A DNA stretch of 64,000 bases from Macrostomum lignano (GCA_002269645.1 NIVC01003240.1:45448-109447), one strand, 5' to 3'; positions 33,652-46,089 are shown, counted from the first letter of the stretch. The notes: generated from the letters alone by a model not told the origin. Translations and numbers: made by a program.

Positions 33652-34737
33652 CTAGCAGACAGCTCCGCCCTCCGCAGTCGCTGCAGCCCTTCGTGAACGC
33701 CTCTGCAGCCGCTGCTGCTGCAGACTCCGCTGTTGCCGCCGTCTCTGGCCGGCTTGACGGCAGGCCAGAATGCGCCGCATCATCTGCTGTCGGAAGCTGG
33801 CGCTCAGGCACAGCAGCACAAACAGATTCAGGCAGGTGTCGGCAACAATCAGCAGGTGGTTGATTCTGTACAGAATGTGCAGCGTCTCGGCGAACTCCTT
33901 GGGAAAGCCGGCCTTGTTGCCGTTAGCGATCGTCCAGATGATGCCGACGTACACCACCAGTGCGTACGGCAGCTCGAGCAGAGCGAAGGCCACGGCGATG
34001 CTCACCACGATGCGGCTGGCCTGGGCCTCCCTGCGCTGAAACTGAAACACGTTGGTGCGCCGCACCCGGTGCACGATGAGCGCGGAGGCGCCAGCGATCA
34101 CCGTCCCGGCGGCCACGGTGTTCAGGAAGTGTCTCAGCAGGGCCAGCGCGCGTCCAGCCAGTTTAGCCACCGAGTTTGGCGCGCAGCTGACCAGCGTCAG
34201 GTCCAGGCAGCTCCAGGCGGCGCTGGCCAGCCCGAAGCCGGTGAACAGGCAAGCCTGACGCTTCGGCGCCATCAAGTCGCGGGATTGCAACGGACGAGCA
34301 ACGGCCTTGGCCCTGGCGACAGTCATGGCGCAAAGCCAGAAATTGCGCAACAGATGCCAGGCCTCAAAGCTGTAGTTGAATTTGTCCAGAATGTCAACAG
34401 CCGAGCTGCAGCTTGGCGTCCAGACCTCAGCGTGCATCACCAGCAGGGACAGGTTCATGCCGATCTCTGCCGCGGCCAGCAGCGGAATTCCCTTGGCGCC
34501 GGTGCGGGGCCGCGGGGTCCGAGCGAGCAGCACCACCAGACCGCAGTTGAGCACCAGAGCGAGCAGGCTGAGAGCCTGGATGGCCACGGCCAGCTGGCGC
34601 GATGTCGGACCGGGATCCGGGAACTGGATGGCAGCCGACAGCGAGTCGGTGTCGTTTGTAGCATCGCAGAGAACTGGAATCATGTTGATGCTTAGCCTGG
34701 GTATTGCGTGAAGATGAAGCTGGGAAGCTGTCTGCAT
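33652..34737 (-). CDS. Intronless divergent rhodopsin-like (class A) orphan GPCR, ~361 aa
   Basis: About seven hydrophobic helices, N-terminal NDT sequon, TM1 LVLN, TM3 end ARAKAVARPL, TM6 EAQASRIVVSIAVAFALLELPY, TM7 DTCLNLFVL. Confidence 0.82.
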   Translation of the reverse strand: MQTASQLHLHAIPRLSINMIPVLCDATNDTDSLSAAIQFPDPGPTSRQLAVAIQALSLLALVLNCGLVVLLARTPRPRTGAKGIPLLAAAEIGMNLSLLVMHAEVWTPSCSSAVDILDKFNYSFEAWHLLRNFWLCAMTVARAKAVARPLQSRDLMAPKRQACLFTGFGLASAAWSCLDLTLVSCAPNSVAKLAGRALALLRHFLNTVAAGTVIAGASALIVHRVRRTNVFQFQRREAQASRIVVSIAVAFALLELPYALVVYVGIIWTIANGNKAGFPKEFAETLHILYRINHLLIVADTCLNLFVLLCLSASFRQQMMRRILACRQAGQRRRQQRSLQQQRLQRRSRRAAATAEGGAVC

Positions 34738-34894
34738 TGGATTTATTGCTAAAGTATTTCTCTGTCCTGCCTGCCTTAGGCGACATCGAGTCCAATAGAA
34801 AGCCGTATGGGGATTTTCATCCCTAAATTTTCTTCCTTTCCCATCCTCACTCCGTCAGAGGTGAGCAGCACTGTAGACAGATGGGGTTGGCAAG

Positions 34895-35186
34895 AATGAC
34901 CGACAACCTGAGGGTTTCTGAAATGACCGACAACCTGAGGGTTTCTGAAATGACCGACAACCTGAGGGTTTCTGAAATGACCGACAACCTGAGGGTTTCT
35001 GAAATGACCGACAACTTGACGGTTTCTGAAATGACCGACAACCTGAGGGTTTCTGAAATGACCGACAACCTGAGGGTTTCTGAAATAACCGACAACCTGA
35101 GGGTTTCTAAAATGACCGACAACCTGAGGGTTTCTGAAATGACCGACAACCTGAGGGTTTCTGAAATGACCGACAACCTGAGGGCG
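34895..35186. repeat. Minisatellite, 27-bp unit AATGACCGACAACCTGAGGGTTTCTGA, ~11 copies
   Basis: Directly visible. Confidence 0.96.
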
Positions 35187-35189
35187 TCT

Positions 35190-36330
35190 AAAGTGACTGA
35201 TAAACCAGAGATCAAACTCGAATGCCGGCCCGGCGCATCAAACCCGTCAGATCTTCTGAGCCGACAGCCGATGCCAACAAATCTGTCTCGCGCTATGGGT
35301 GAAGCTCTGGACGCCGCCTACATCTGGACGCGGCCTATCTCTAGAAGACTTGAAAAGAGCCACCAGAAGCGACATGGATATCCAGGCTGCCATCACCGGC
35401 ATCAAGACGCGGCATTGGAACCAGCACAGCAGCACGCCAGCTGTCAGAAAGCGATCGCTGTGCCTTCATCGCTGCGGTGGCAGGTCTCAGCATTGGCACA
35501 CACTGGACATCTCAGCGTCGATCTACAGCGGCTGCAGACCAAGGTGTGGTGGCCAGGGGTTCGAGCTTGTCTGCCATGTCAGGCCATATTCCACGCCGCT
35601 GAGGCCTACAGAGATCCCGGACGGAGCCTGGCTCCAACTAGTAATGGATTTCTATGGGCCCATCCACGGGTCTGTCACGTGTCGTTATGACGGATCTGCT
35701 TTCTAAGCACCCTGAAATCAACTACTGTACGTAAGCTCGACATCGGCAGCAGCGGTTATTCCTCACATAAGACAGCCCTTCGCCCGCCACGGTGTCCCGC
35801 TAGAGCCGATCACTGGCAAAACCCAAGCCGCCTTTCAGCTCGCATGAGTTTCGCGACTTCCTGACCTCGTACGGCGTCAGGCATCGCCTCATCTACACGC
35901 TGCATCCCGAAGCCAACGGAGCCACCGAACGCGTCAATCGCTCAGTGAACAAAGTTGTCAGAGGCGCGCTGGCTGAAGGTCGCTGCTCGAAAGAGGCTCT
36001 GGATGAGGGGCTCCTCGCATTCCGGGTGATGTCGCACAGAGCTACAGGTAAAGCACCGGCTGAACTTCTGACAGGGTCGCAGAGTCAACGACGTCATTCC
36101 ATCGGTCAGAGCATCATATCGGGCCAGCTGGTCTACCGGCGACATCAAAGAACTGGCACAATCGCTACAACGACAACATGAAGGCCGGCTTCGACAAGAC
36201 TAATCGAGTTCTACAGCACAGCATCCGGCCAAGGGAACGAGTTCTTCGGCGGCAGAACAAGTCTAAACTGCGCACCCCGTTCGAACTGGAACCGTGGGTG
36301 ATCCAATCCGTCAAAGGCAACTCTGCATAA
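35190..36330 (+). mobile_element. Degenerate Ty3/Gypsy LTR-retrotransposon pol remnant (RNase H end, zinc finger, integrase core)
   Basis: Across frameshifts: CRPGASNPSDLLSRQP; AHTGHL...KVWWPG..CLPCQ (HHCC); PDGAWLQLVMDFYGP; HPEANGATERVNRSV (integrase core); ATGKAPAELL; KLRTPFELEPW (GPY/F-like). Confidence 0.88.
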
Positions 36331-36518
36331 GTTAGCCCTTCTCAGTGCGCAGGGTTAATGCCGCGAACTGTGTATTTAATCACCATGGACTGTGCGCTTA
36401 ATCATAGCTCTTTGGGAATTTCGTGTCTAGCCTAGCGCTATATCGCGGCATTGACTTTTTCTGCAGTGTCCAAAATGACCGAAAATCTGAGGGTTTTCAA
36501 AGTGATATACAATTCTAA

Positions 36519-37150
36519 GCATGAATGACCGACATCCTGAGGCATGAATGACCCACATCCTGAGGCATGAATGACCGACATCCTGAGGCATGAATGACCG
36601 ACATCCTGAGGCATGAATGACCGACATCCTGAGGCATGAATGACCCACATTTTGAGGCATTAATGACCGAAATTCCGAGGAATGAATGACCGACATCCTG
36701 TGGCATGAATGACCCACATTTTGAGGCATTAATGACCGACATTCTGAGGCATGAATGGCCGAAATTCTGAAACATGAATGACCGACATTCTGAGGAATGA
36801 ATGACCGACATCCTGAGGCATGAATGACCGACATTCTGACACATGAATGACCGAAATTCTGAGGCATGAATGACCGACATTCGGAGGCATGAATGGCCGA
36901 AATTCTGAGGCATGAATGACCGACATTCGGAGGCATGAATGACCGACATTCTGAAACATGAATGACCGACATTCGGAGGCATGAATGACCGACATTCTGA
37001 AACATGAATGACCGACATTCGGAGGCATGAATGACCGACATTCTGAAGCATGAATGACCGACATTCGGAGGCATGAATGACCGACATTCTGAAGCATGAA
37101 TGACCGACATCCTGAGGCATGAATGACAGACATTCTGAAGCATGAATGAC
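36519..37150. repeat. Minisatellite, 23-bp unit GAGGCATGAATGACCGACAT(T/C)CT, ~27 copies
   Basis: Directly visible. Confidence 0.96.
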
Positions 37151-37791
37151 CAACAGACTGAGGCGTGTTCTATGATGTTTGTAGGAATCGATTATGGCAT
37201 AGTAGATACGTATAACGCGAACTAATACAGTACTCCTTGGTTCTCAAAGTGTGTAATGAACTCCAGTTAGTTTGCTAGTAAATCATATCTTATCTAAATT
37301 GTACATGTAAATGAATTTCGTTGGGTTCGAATGAATCTAATTAAAATGTGTTGTTATCCCCTTATTTTGCCCGCGGATTTCGATGCAAGTGGGATTGATC
37401 CACCCTATTTCTCTTGTAAGCAGATTTTGCACCGGTTATTTCAGGTCACAGACTCAATCAGCTTGACCTTAGCGAAGTCAAACAACTGCAAAGCGAAGAC
37501 CGTAGCGGGACAGACAGATTTATCCCAATTCTCCCCAACCTGCGGCCCGACCCGAAGAAGCCAACAGAGGCAGACCGGCTGTGTCAACAGGTTTGAAAAT
37601 CTGTCCGCTGCCAAAATTAGAAATTGAAGAAAGCTCGGTCGCTATGGGAAGCTGAAATTGTCAGCAGTGAGGCCCTGTCCGCTCGAATTTCCGTTTCAGC
37701 GCAGGGAGTCGCCAAATGCGAAGGCTGTCTGAGCTGCTGCAAGATTTACAGGAAATTGTGCGCTGGCGTCTTTCAGATGAACCTTGTCAAG

Positions 37792-39517
37792 GACTGTGCG
37801 CTTAATCATAGACTGTGCGCTTAATCATGGACTGTGCGCTTAATCATGGACTGTGCGCTTAATCATGGACTGCGCGCTTAATCATGGAGTGCGCGCTTAA
37901 TCATGGACTGTGTGCTTACTCATGGACTGTGTGCTTACTCATGGACTGTGCGCTTAATCATGGACTGTGCGCTTAATCATGGACTGCGCGCTTAATCATG
38001 GACTATGTGCTTTTATCATGGACGGTGCGCTTAATCATGGATGTGTGATTAATCACGGACTATGCGCTTTATCACGGACTGTGCGCTTAATCATGGACTG
38101 TGCGCTTAATCATGGACTGCGCGCTTAATCATAGACTGTACGCTTAATCATGGACTGCGCGCTTAATCATGGAGTGCGCGCTTAATCGTGGACTGTGCGC
38201 TTAATCATGGACTGCGCGCTTAATCATGGAGTGCGCGCTTAATCATGGACTGTGTGCTTACTCATGGACTGTGTGCTTACTCATGGACTGTGCGCTTAAT
38301 CATGGACTGTGCGCTTAATCATGGACTGCGCGCTTAATCATGGACTATGTGCTTTTATCATGGACGGTGCGCTTAATCATGGATGTGTGATTAATCACGG
38401 ACTATGCGCTTTATCACGGACTGTGCGCTTAATCATGGACTGTGCGCTTAATCATGGACTGCGCGCTTAATCATAGACTGTACGCTTAATCATGGACTGC
38501 GCGCTTAATCATGGAGTGCGCGCTTAATCGTGGACTGTGCGCTTAATCATGGACTGCGCGCTTAATCATAGACGGCGCGCTTAATCATCGACTGTGCGCT
38601 TAATCATGGATGTGCGATTAATCACGGACTATGCGCTTTATCACGGACTGTGCGCTTAATCATGGACTGTGCGCTTAATCATGGACTGCGCGCTTAATCA
38701 TAGACTGTACGCTTAATCATGGACTGCGCGCTTAATCATGGAGTGCGCGCTTAATCGTGGACTGTGCGCTTAATCATGGACTGCGCGCTTAATCATAGAC
38801 GGCGCGCTTAATCATCGACTGTGCGCTTAATCATGGATTGTGCGCTTAATCACAGGCTATGCGCTTAATCACGGACTGTGTGCTTAATCACGGACTGTGT
38901 GCTTAATCATGGACTGTGTGCTTAATCACGGACTGTGTGCTTAATCATGGACTGTGCACTTTATCATGGACTGTGTGCTTAATCACAGGCTATGCGCTTA
39001 ATCATGGACTGTGCGCTTAATCACAGGCTATGCGCTTAATCACGGACTGTGTGCTTAATCACAGGCTATGCGCTTAATCACGGACTGTGTGCTTAATCAC
39101 GGACTGTGTGCTTAATCATGGACTGTGTGCTTAATCACGGACTGTGTGCTTAATCACGGACTGTGTGCTTAATCATGGACTGTGTGCTTAATCACGGACT
39201 GTGTGCTTAATCATGGACTGTGCGCTTTATCATGGACTGTGTGCTTAATCACAGGCTATGCGCTTTATCATGGACTGTGTGCTTAATCACAGGCTATGCG
39301 CTTAATCATGGACTGTGCGCTTAATCACAGGCTATGCGCTTAATCACGGACTGTGTGCTTAATCACGGACTGTGTGCTTAATAATGGACTGTGTGCTTAA
39401 TCACGGACTGTGTGCTTAATAATGGACTGTGTGCTTAATCACGGACTGTGTGCTTAATCACGGACTGTGTGCTTAATCATGGACTGTGTGCTTAATCATG
39501 GACTGTGCGCTTTATCA
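37792..39517. repeat. Minisatellite, 19-bp unit GACTGTGCGCTTAATCATG, ~90 copies, with a ~342-bp higher-order repeat
   Basis: Directly visible. The same diagnostic variant string recurs at 37886 and 38228. Confidence 0.97.
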
Positions 39518-40072
39518 GTCAGTGAATCAACTGAGTTTGTGTCTGCAACGCAGAAGAAGCTCCTGTTTCCTGTTCCTGCCACAAAATAAAGCAGAGCTTT
39601 TAATATATATAAAATAATTAAATTTCGCATCCTCATTAGCCGGGGTGATTGACAGGCAAACAAATAAGGTTTAACAGCTTTTGCACGATGATTGAATTGA
39701 ACTTATTGAACTGATTTTAATTAACAGACCATTTTTAGTATATAGTATATGGTTTCAGCGCTAGTAAAAAAGTACTGTAAGCATACATTCTACTTGCTAG
39801 TAGTATGACGAAAATTTTCTTTCCAATGATCATCAGCTATTTTCCCAATGCCAAAAATTAGCTTTGTTAGTATAGTTGAATGATTTTCCAACAGAAACTT
39901 CAAGTCCGAGTCTCAAATCTGATTTCAACTGAGTCGATGAAGTCAACTTGCATAGTTGGCCGATTGGAGCCTGATATGCTTTATAAATAAAATTGACTAA
40001 AAATTTTATTTATAAAGCATAAATAATAAAAATTTAGAATTTTTTAGAGAAATTCTGCCAATCCAATTCTGT

Positions 40073-40305
40073 CACACAGAGACAGCACACAGACAGCACA
40101 CAGGCAGCACACAACACGGGCAGCACACAGACAGCACACAGGCAGCACACAGGCAGCACACACACAGCACACAGACAGCACACAGACAGCACACACACAG
40201 CACACACACAGCACACAGGCAGCACACACACAGCACACAGGCAGCACACAGACAGCACACAGGCAGCATACAGGCAGCATACAGGCAGCACACAGACAAC
40301 ACACA
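40073..40305. repeat. ~11-bp array (ACAGCACACAG/GCAGCACACAG)
   Basis: Directly visible. Confidence 0.93.
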
Positions 40306-41026
40306 GGCCCCACAGAGACAGTCCCGTGTGGGCTAAAGAAAAGTGCCAAGGACCAGCGCCCGAACAAATTGTCCCCAATATGGGATTATCTGGCTGTCTC
40401 GAGTAGGGGAAACAAGAAGAAAGAAGAAAGAAAGAACGAGCAGCACATAATTTGCGTGCGCGATGCCCCTGCGAGTTAAATAATTTATGGCCGAACGAAG
40501 TCCGGTGGATGGCCGCCGATGCCCCGTGTGCTGCTCCTCCGCAGCCGCCCCCTCTCAAAGTAGCGGCCGATACTCTCCGAGATTTCAGCCAAAGCAACAC
40601 GGACTGAGGGTCTGGCACGCGCCGCGTGTGCACCTCTTCGCGGACACCGCTGCTTCCAATAATCCTTCCTTATCAATTCTACTATTCCTATGCTACTGAA
40701 GAAAACTTCTGGCTTCCCCACCATCTATATACCGGTAGGCCGTCGATTTGTTTACTTACTGTTGCCGGGGCAGTGAGCTTATCGCACCATCTGAATTATG
40801 CAACACTCTTCTGACGGCTCAGCAGCTCTCGCAATCTGAGGCTACAGAGCTCACCAAACTGACTCAGTCCTGAGCTCATTCTATCTTGTTACTATTTGCT
40901 ATTGGTACAGTGAATGGAAGGTTGCCAGGTGTGCAGGTAGGAATTGCTGAAGTTGACACTGGTAAATAACTTTTGGAAACTCTTGGAAACCTTTCTTAAA
41001 ATTGAATAATAAAAATTGATTACACC

Positions 41027-41267
41027 TGCCCAATAGGGCCAGATCTGCAACCGACAGCTCAACCGCCGCAGCTATTGCGCGGCGCATCTGAAGGCTGCGT
41101 ACGGCTGTTCAGTCCAAGGACTGGGGGGGTCGCCACACACCCTCAGTTACCCCAGCTAATGCTGGCACTTATTTTATAGCTGGGTGAACTGAAGCAATGC
41201 AGAGTTAAGTGTCTTGCTCAAGGACACAATTTTTCCGAGTGGATCGGGAATCGAACCCCCGACCTTT
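41027..41267 (-). mobile_element. tRNA-derived CORE-like SINE (copy 2, with 3' tail)
   Basis: Reverse-complement homology to 20974-21130 (GTGTCTTGCTCAAGGACAC, GGAATCGAACC). The tail is nearly identical to that of the 54727 copy. Confidence 0.78.
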
Positions 41268-41831
41268 AATACAATAAATAAGAAATGGATAAAGCGCTTG
41301 TGAGAACCAACGCATGTATGAAATGCGCCTGCAGACCCCTCTTTACAAGATTCCCAACTATGGCAGCCATCGTAATTTCCTGATACAGGTGGAACCCAGT
41401 GCTGAGACTATTCAGACAGACTATTCAGACAGTTGTGTGACCGTGACCAAATCTGCTTAACTGACGAGAATTCAGTAAAGACAATTTGTTGTCAAGTAAC
41501 TTTGGTGCATGTTGTAGGTGCTAGTAAACAATAGCGTAGTCTAAATTCTACATTTCTGTTGAGTGCCGAAAATATGCATGACTCTAAACTTGTTAGTGGT
41601 GTTCTCCAAAACAGCAGGTTACGTAGGAAATTTTTGACACGGTTTTGACACACGAGTCAGTGAACATGTATGTTCTTCATGTGCACTGACATGAACATGT
41701 ACACCCCGTGTGCGCGTGCTGAGGGGTCAGCAGAATGGCATGACTGCCTGCCTCACCCTGGTTGGTCATCTGTCTGCCAGTTATGTAACACAACGGCACT
41801 ACCAGAGTAGTGTATGCAATACAGATTGTTA

Positions 41832-42713
41832 CAGCCCATTTGGGCTTATGCGCATTTAAATTAATCCACGATATGTTTGCCAATGTAATGGAGCTTTTGT
41901 CTATGGTATAAGGCTTGCACAGCGGCATCTAATTTGGTCCATAGCTTTATTTGCAACTGCTGCGGAGGAGCAACATCAGCCCCAGAATAGTGGACTATAT
42001 GCTAGACCAAAGAGTATTGAGGTCGCCTAGTATAGAGTGCCAATAAGGATGAAAATCTGAAGCCGATTTTTAGAATCCACAACTTGTCTAGCCACAACTT
42101 GTGCCATAGACTAAAAAGCTTGGTGACCGGAGGGGGTGGGTGGATTCTAAAAATCGGCTTCTGATTTTCATCCTTATTGGCACTCTATACTAGGCGACCT
42201 CAATACTCTTTGTGCTAGACTGTTGAACCAATGCCATTGGCTTGCGATCGAAGCACTCAACAGAGATGAAGGACACTGCAAGGTTGCCGAGCACTGTAAC
42301 GACGGTTACAGAGCATCCATCAGCGCTCCATTGAAACCGCTGCCGGCAGAGATCGCCTGCGAAAGGGTGGAAATTGCCAAGGCAAGTTGCTCGAGAGCCT
42401 CAAGTCGTCCAACTGCCACGCGACGCAATTGAGACGAACCCTTTGTTGACGTTGCAGAAAATGTAGCAGAATTTGAAGGAACGGTTCCAGATTTCGACCA
42501 TCAGCAGAGCTCTGGAAAAGCGACTAAAAATTGTTGGTATGTAGAGAAGGCAATTGAGTTTCCCGAATGGCTCGCGAGCTTTTGGACCAAATTGATGCAT
42601 GTTGGACCAATTTAAATGCCGCTGTGCCAGCCTTGCTACCATAGACAAAAGCTCCATTGCATTGGCGAACGTATCTTGGATTAAATTCAATGCGCGCAGG
42701 TCCAAATGGGCTG
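41832..42713. repeat. Diverged inverted repeat, ~110-bp arms (41832-41941 / 42603-42713) enclosing a MITE
   Basis: The reverse complement of the left arm aligns to the right arm (TGGACCAA..ATGCCGCTGTGC..ACCATAGACAAAAGCTCCATT..CCAAATGGGCTG), roughly 80-85% identical by eye. Confidence 0.8.
42008..42212. mobile_element. Young MITE, 205 bp, 73-bp TIRs (1 mismatch), perfect 8-bp TSD TGCTAGAC
   Basis: Arms at 42008-42080 and 42140-42212; TGCTAGAC at 42000-42007 and 42213-42220. An 8-bp TSD fits the hAT or P superfamily. Confidence 0.92.
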
Positions 42714-43329
42714 CAAAAGCTATACTATAACTGTACTTTTCTATATTATATCATACGATTCGGCCATCTTTGGTGGGGGGCTTTCTTAATTCGGTCACAA
42801 ATTATAGCCAGTACAAGCTATTTTGGCAGAATTCATATTTTTTTCAATTTTTCCAGTCGCGGCAGATGCATCGCGTACTTTAATACTCACACGAGAGCTG
42901 CATTGGGGGGGGGGTTGATCAGCATGGACGAATGCATGGGCGGACAGAAGCTTTCAGGATGGTAATTTTGCTAAAAGCTGCAGCTGATGGCCGTGGGGGA
43001 GATTCTTGTAGCTTTAATCACTAGCTATGAGATCGTTTTTTTCATTTGCAGCGAAGGAATTTCTGTGTTGGCTGTAGTACGAGCTATTGATAGCATCATG
43101 ACTCTTGTACAGCAATCCGTCGGTGTAATGTCGGTCAATTGGTTCACTGAGGGCCGTTCGATGCTGTCGGAAATCCAGGTGCCAGGCGACTAGCGAGGGG
43201 GCAAACTGTCAGGCCCATTCAGCTGACCCCTGAGCAATCAGCTGACACCTGAGGGGGCACCGGGCATCCGGATACAGCGTGGAGGCGTCGCCAGGGGTCC
43301 GCTAACCTCTGGCGGCATTCACAGATGAA

Positions 43330-43620
43330 TTAATCCGCATTCTCAACACCGGAGAGGCAGAATGGGCATTCCTCGCTTCGGAATTTCTCCAGGAGGTGAC
43401 GATGCCTGGCAAAACAGCCATGACCCGAGAGGGCCATGGTCACCGCCCTGAAGTTCCTGCGGTTGAGTCCAAGCAGGGGCTGACCACTGAGCGCGCTTTC
43501 ACAGAGTGCACAGCGGCCCTGATCACCTGGCATGTACGCTCTCTGTGCCTCGGGGGCTGGCCCTCGTGGCTGTGAATCGCAGGACAACCCCGCGGTCAAT
43601 TTTGGTGCACACCACACGAG
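43330..43620 (-). mobile_element. Non-LTR retrotransposon (LINE) ORF2 C-terminal remnant
   Basis: FRAVTMALSGHGCFARHRHLLEKFRSEECPFCLSGVENAD*FICEC resembles the LTGHG..CxxC..H..C tail of R1/I/Loa-type ORF2. A possible RNase H-like HYTDG lies near 43125. Confidence 0.65.
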
Positions 43621-44029
43621 TTAGGCATTGTGACTCATTCTACCCTCACTGGGTCGATTGCTGTTAGTTGGCACTTTCAAAACAGCAGCAGGATCCTTTT
43701 AGATTAGGATTCCAAGCTGAGGAAGTTGAGGATTGCTGGCCAACCCCAGAGGCCAGAGTTAATAAACAATGCGCATTTAAACCGTCGGAGTGTTCTAAGG
43801 AAGCAGGGCCTGAGGCTGAAAATAACGGACGTGCGGTATTGTTTTTCTCTGCTTTTTCTGCCTATTATGCAATAGTTCTTTCTGACCCGCTTCTCTCCTT
43901 ATCTAATGTACATTTATTGATTTAATTATCGATCGCAACCCACCTACCCTCTCCACCTTTCTAGCCCGTCTCATCCATTGGAACTGAATCGTTAAATTGA
44001 ATATTAAACATTAAATCATTAAACAGAGA

Positions 44030-44170
44030 AGAGAGAGGAGAGGAGAGGAGAGAGAAGAGGATAGGATGGAAGAGGAGAGGAGAGGAGAGGAGAGAAAAGA
44101 GAAAAGAGAGGAGATAAGAGAGGAGAGAAGCGAGCTGAGAAGAGACGCAACTTTTGAGCGGGCCGGATTG
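44030..44170 (+). mobile_element. Internal fragment of the GA-tract MITE family
   Basis: GA tract ending GAGCTGAAGAGACGC...GAGCGGGCCGGATT, matching the reverse complement of 28445-28580. Confidence 0.35.
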
Positions 44171-44869
44171 GTGTTTTGAAGTTTAAAAAGGACCCAAAGT
44201 TTTTGGGTGGAAACTTTCACATGTTGCTGAGTGTATCAGCATTATGCCTACTCAATATGGGACTCTCTTCTCTCCGGACGAGTGGATGACCTCTCTGACT
44301 GCTCTCTCTTTTACTTTCGAATCTATGAATTGAAGTAATAAAGCCTTGGTATTAGTAAGTAGTTTTAGACTTCCAGATAGACCACGAAATGATCGAGTTG
44401 CTCCAGATTTTCTGCGTGATTACTGAAATTAATGAGTACTCAGTCACATAAAATTCCAGACCCGGGTGAGGCTAAAAATTGATTAAATTAATTATTATCC
44501 AACTTACTCTGCTGTTAGCTATTCTCAAAATTCTTTATCTCAGTGTCTGTTCTGACAGTGATAAATAGCCAATGGCAGTTCCATTTTGGAATAAAATTCG
44601 GTAGGGGGGATAATTGCTGGATTGGAATTCACTATGCGATTATTTGATTGGCCACAGAACTAAAGAGAAATTTATGATGAATTTATCTAGCAGGAAATGG
44701 GTTGCTTGGCTCCTGGGTTGCTTGCTTTACTATTAGTTTAGTCTTTGCTCAATAATTTAACCTTTTCTTTTGCCTGAAGTTTGTTTCATGACAGCAAGAG
44801 TGAGTTTTAGCGAATAAGGGTGAATAAATAGGGAGAATTATTAACAGTGAGCACTAATGGGAATAAGGG

Positions 44870-45545
44870 AGAGTGTGAATCAGGATTAGAAAGTGTGAAT
44901 GATGATTGGAGAGTGTGAATGAAGATCAGGGAGTGTGAATGAAGATCAGGGAGTGTTAATGAAGATCAGGGAGTGTTAATGAAGATCAGGGAGTGTTAAT
45001 GAAGATCAGGGAGTGTTAATGAAGATCGGAGTGTGTGAATGAAGATCGGAGAGTGTGAATGAAGATCGGTGAGTGTGAATGAAGATCGGAGAGTGTGAAT
45101 GAAGATCTGAAGATCGGTGAGTGTGAATGAAGATCGGTGAGTGTGAATGAAGATCGGAGAGTGTGAATGAAGATCGGAGAGTGTGAATGAAGATCGGAGA
45201 GTGTGAATGAAGATCGAAGAGTGTGAATAAAGATCGGTGAGTGTGAATAAAGATCGGAGAGTGTGAATGAAAATCGGAGAGTGTGAATGAAGATCGGAGA
45301 GTGTGAATGAAGATCTGAAGATCGGTGAGTGTGAATGAAGATCGGTGAGTGTGAATGAAGATCGGAGAGTGTGAATGAAGATCGGAGAGTGTGAATGAAG
45401 ATCGGAGAGTGTGAATAAAGATCGGTGAGTGTGAATGAAGATCGGAGAGTGTGAATGAAGATCGGAGAGTGTGAATGAAGATCGGTGAGTGTGAATGAAG
45501 ATCGGAGAGTGTGAATGAAGATCGGAGAGTGTGAATGAAGATCAG
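44870..45545. repeat. Minisatellite, 20-bp unit GAGTGTGAATGAAGATCGGA
   Basis: Directly visible. Confidence 0.96.
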
Positions 45546-46089
45546 GCAGTGTGACAAGAGTAAGCATGGACCTGATCAATTTATCTAATCCAATCCTTGC
45601 AGCCATCAAAGATTCAATTTCTTTTCCAACAGGCCAATCTACATTGCCTATAAGTCACCGCTTCTGCGCCTCAATCCTTGCCAGAACTTGGCGAATTGCT
45701 CCCGGAAGCAAAGAGCCGCCGTTCCAAGGAGAAACAAGTCAGCGAGTTGGAAGCGACACCCTTGCTTTCTGATTAATTACAACCACAGGCACCCTGATCC
45801 GCCTCTACCGAAAATGATAACCTTGGCTTCTGCTTCTTGCACACCGGATGCGCACTCGTGCGCTGAGAAGCTGCTGGCTGGCTGAAAAATTGATCACACT
45901 CTGCCGATGCAACCCATCAGCCGTCAACAGGAAGTACCGAAGACTCGAAGAGATTCGAAATCGTTGGAATCTGCCAATCATCTGAGCACAGAGTCAGTTT
46001 TGAGCAAAGGCTTTGGACATGAAAAACTTTTTTTTGGAAAATTTAAACTTCCGAAAGGATATTGTCAAAAATATAGTGTCATAAGTATT

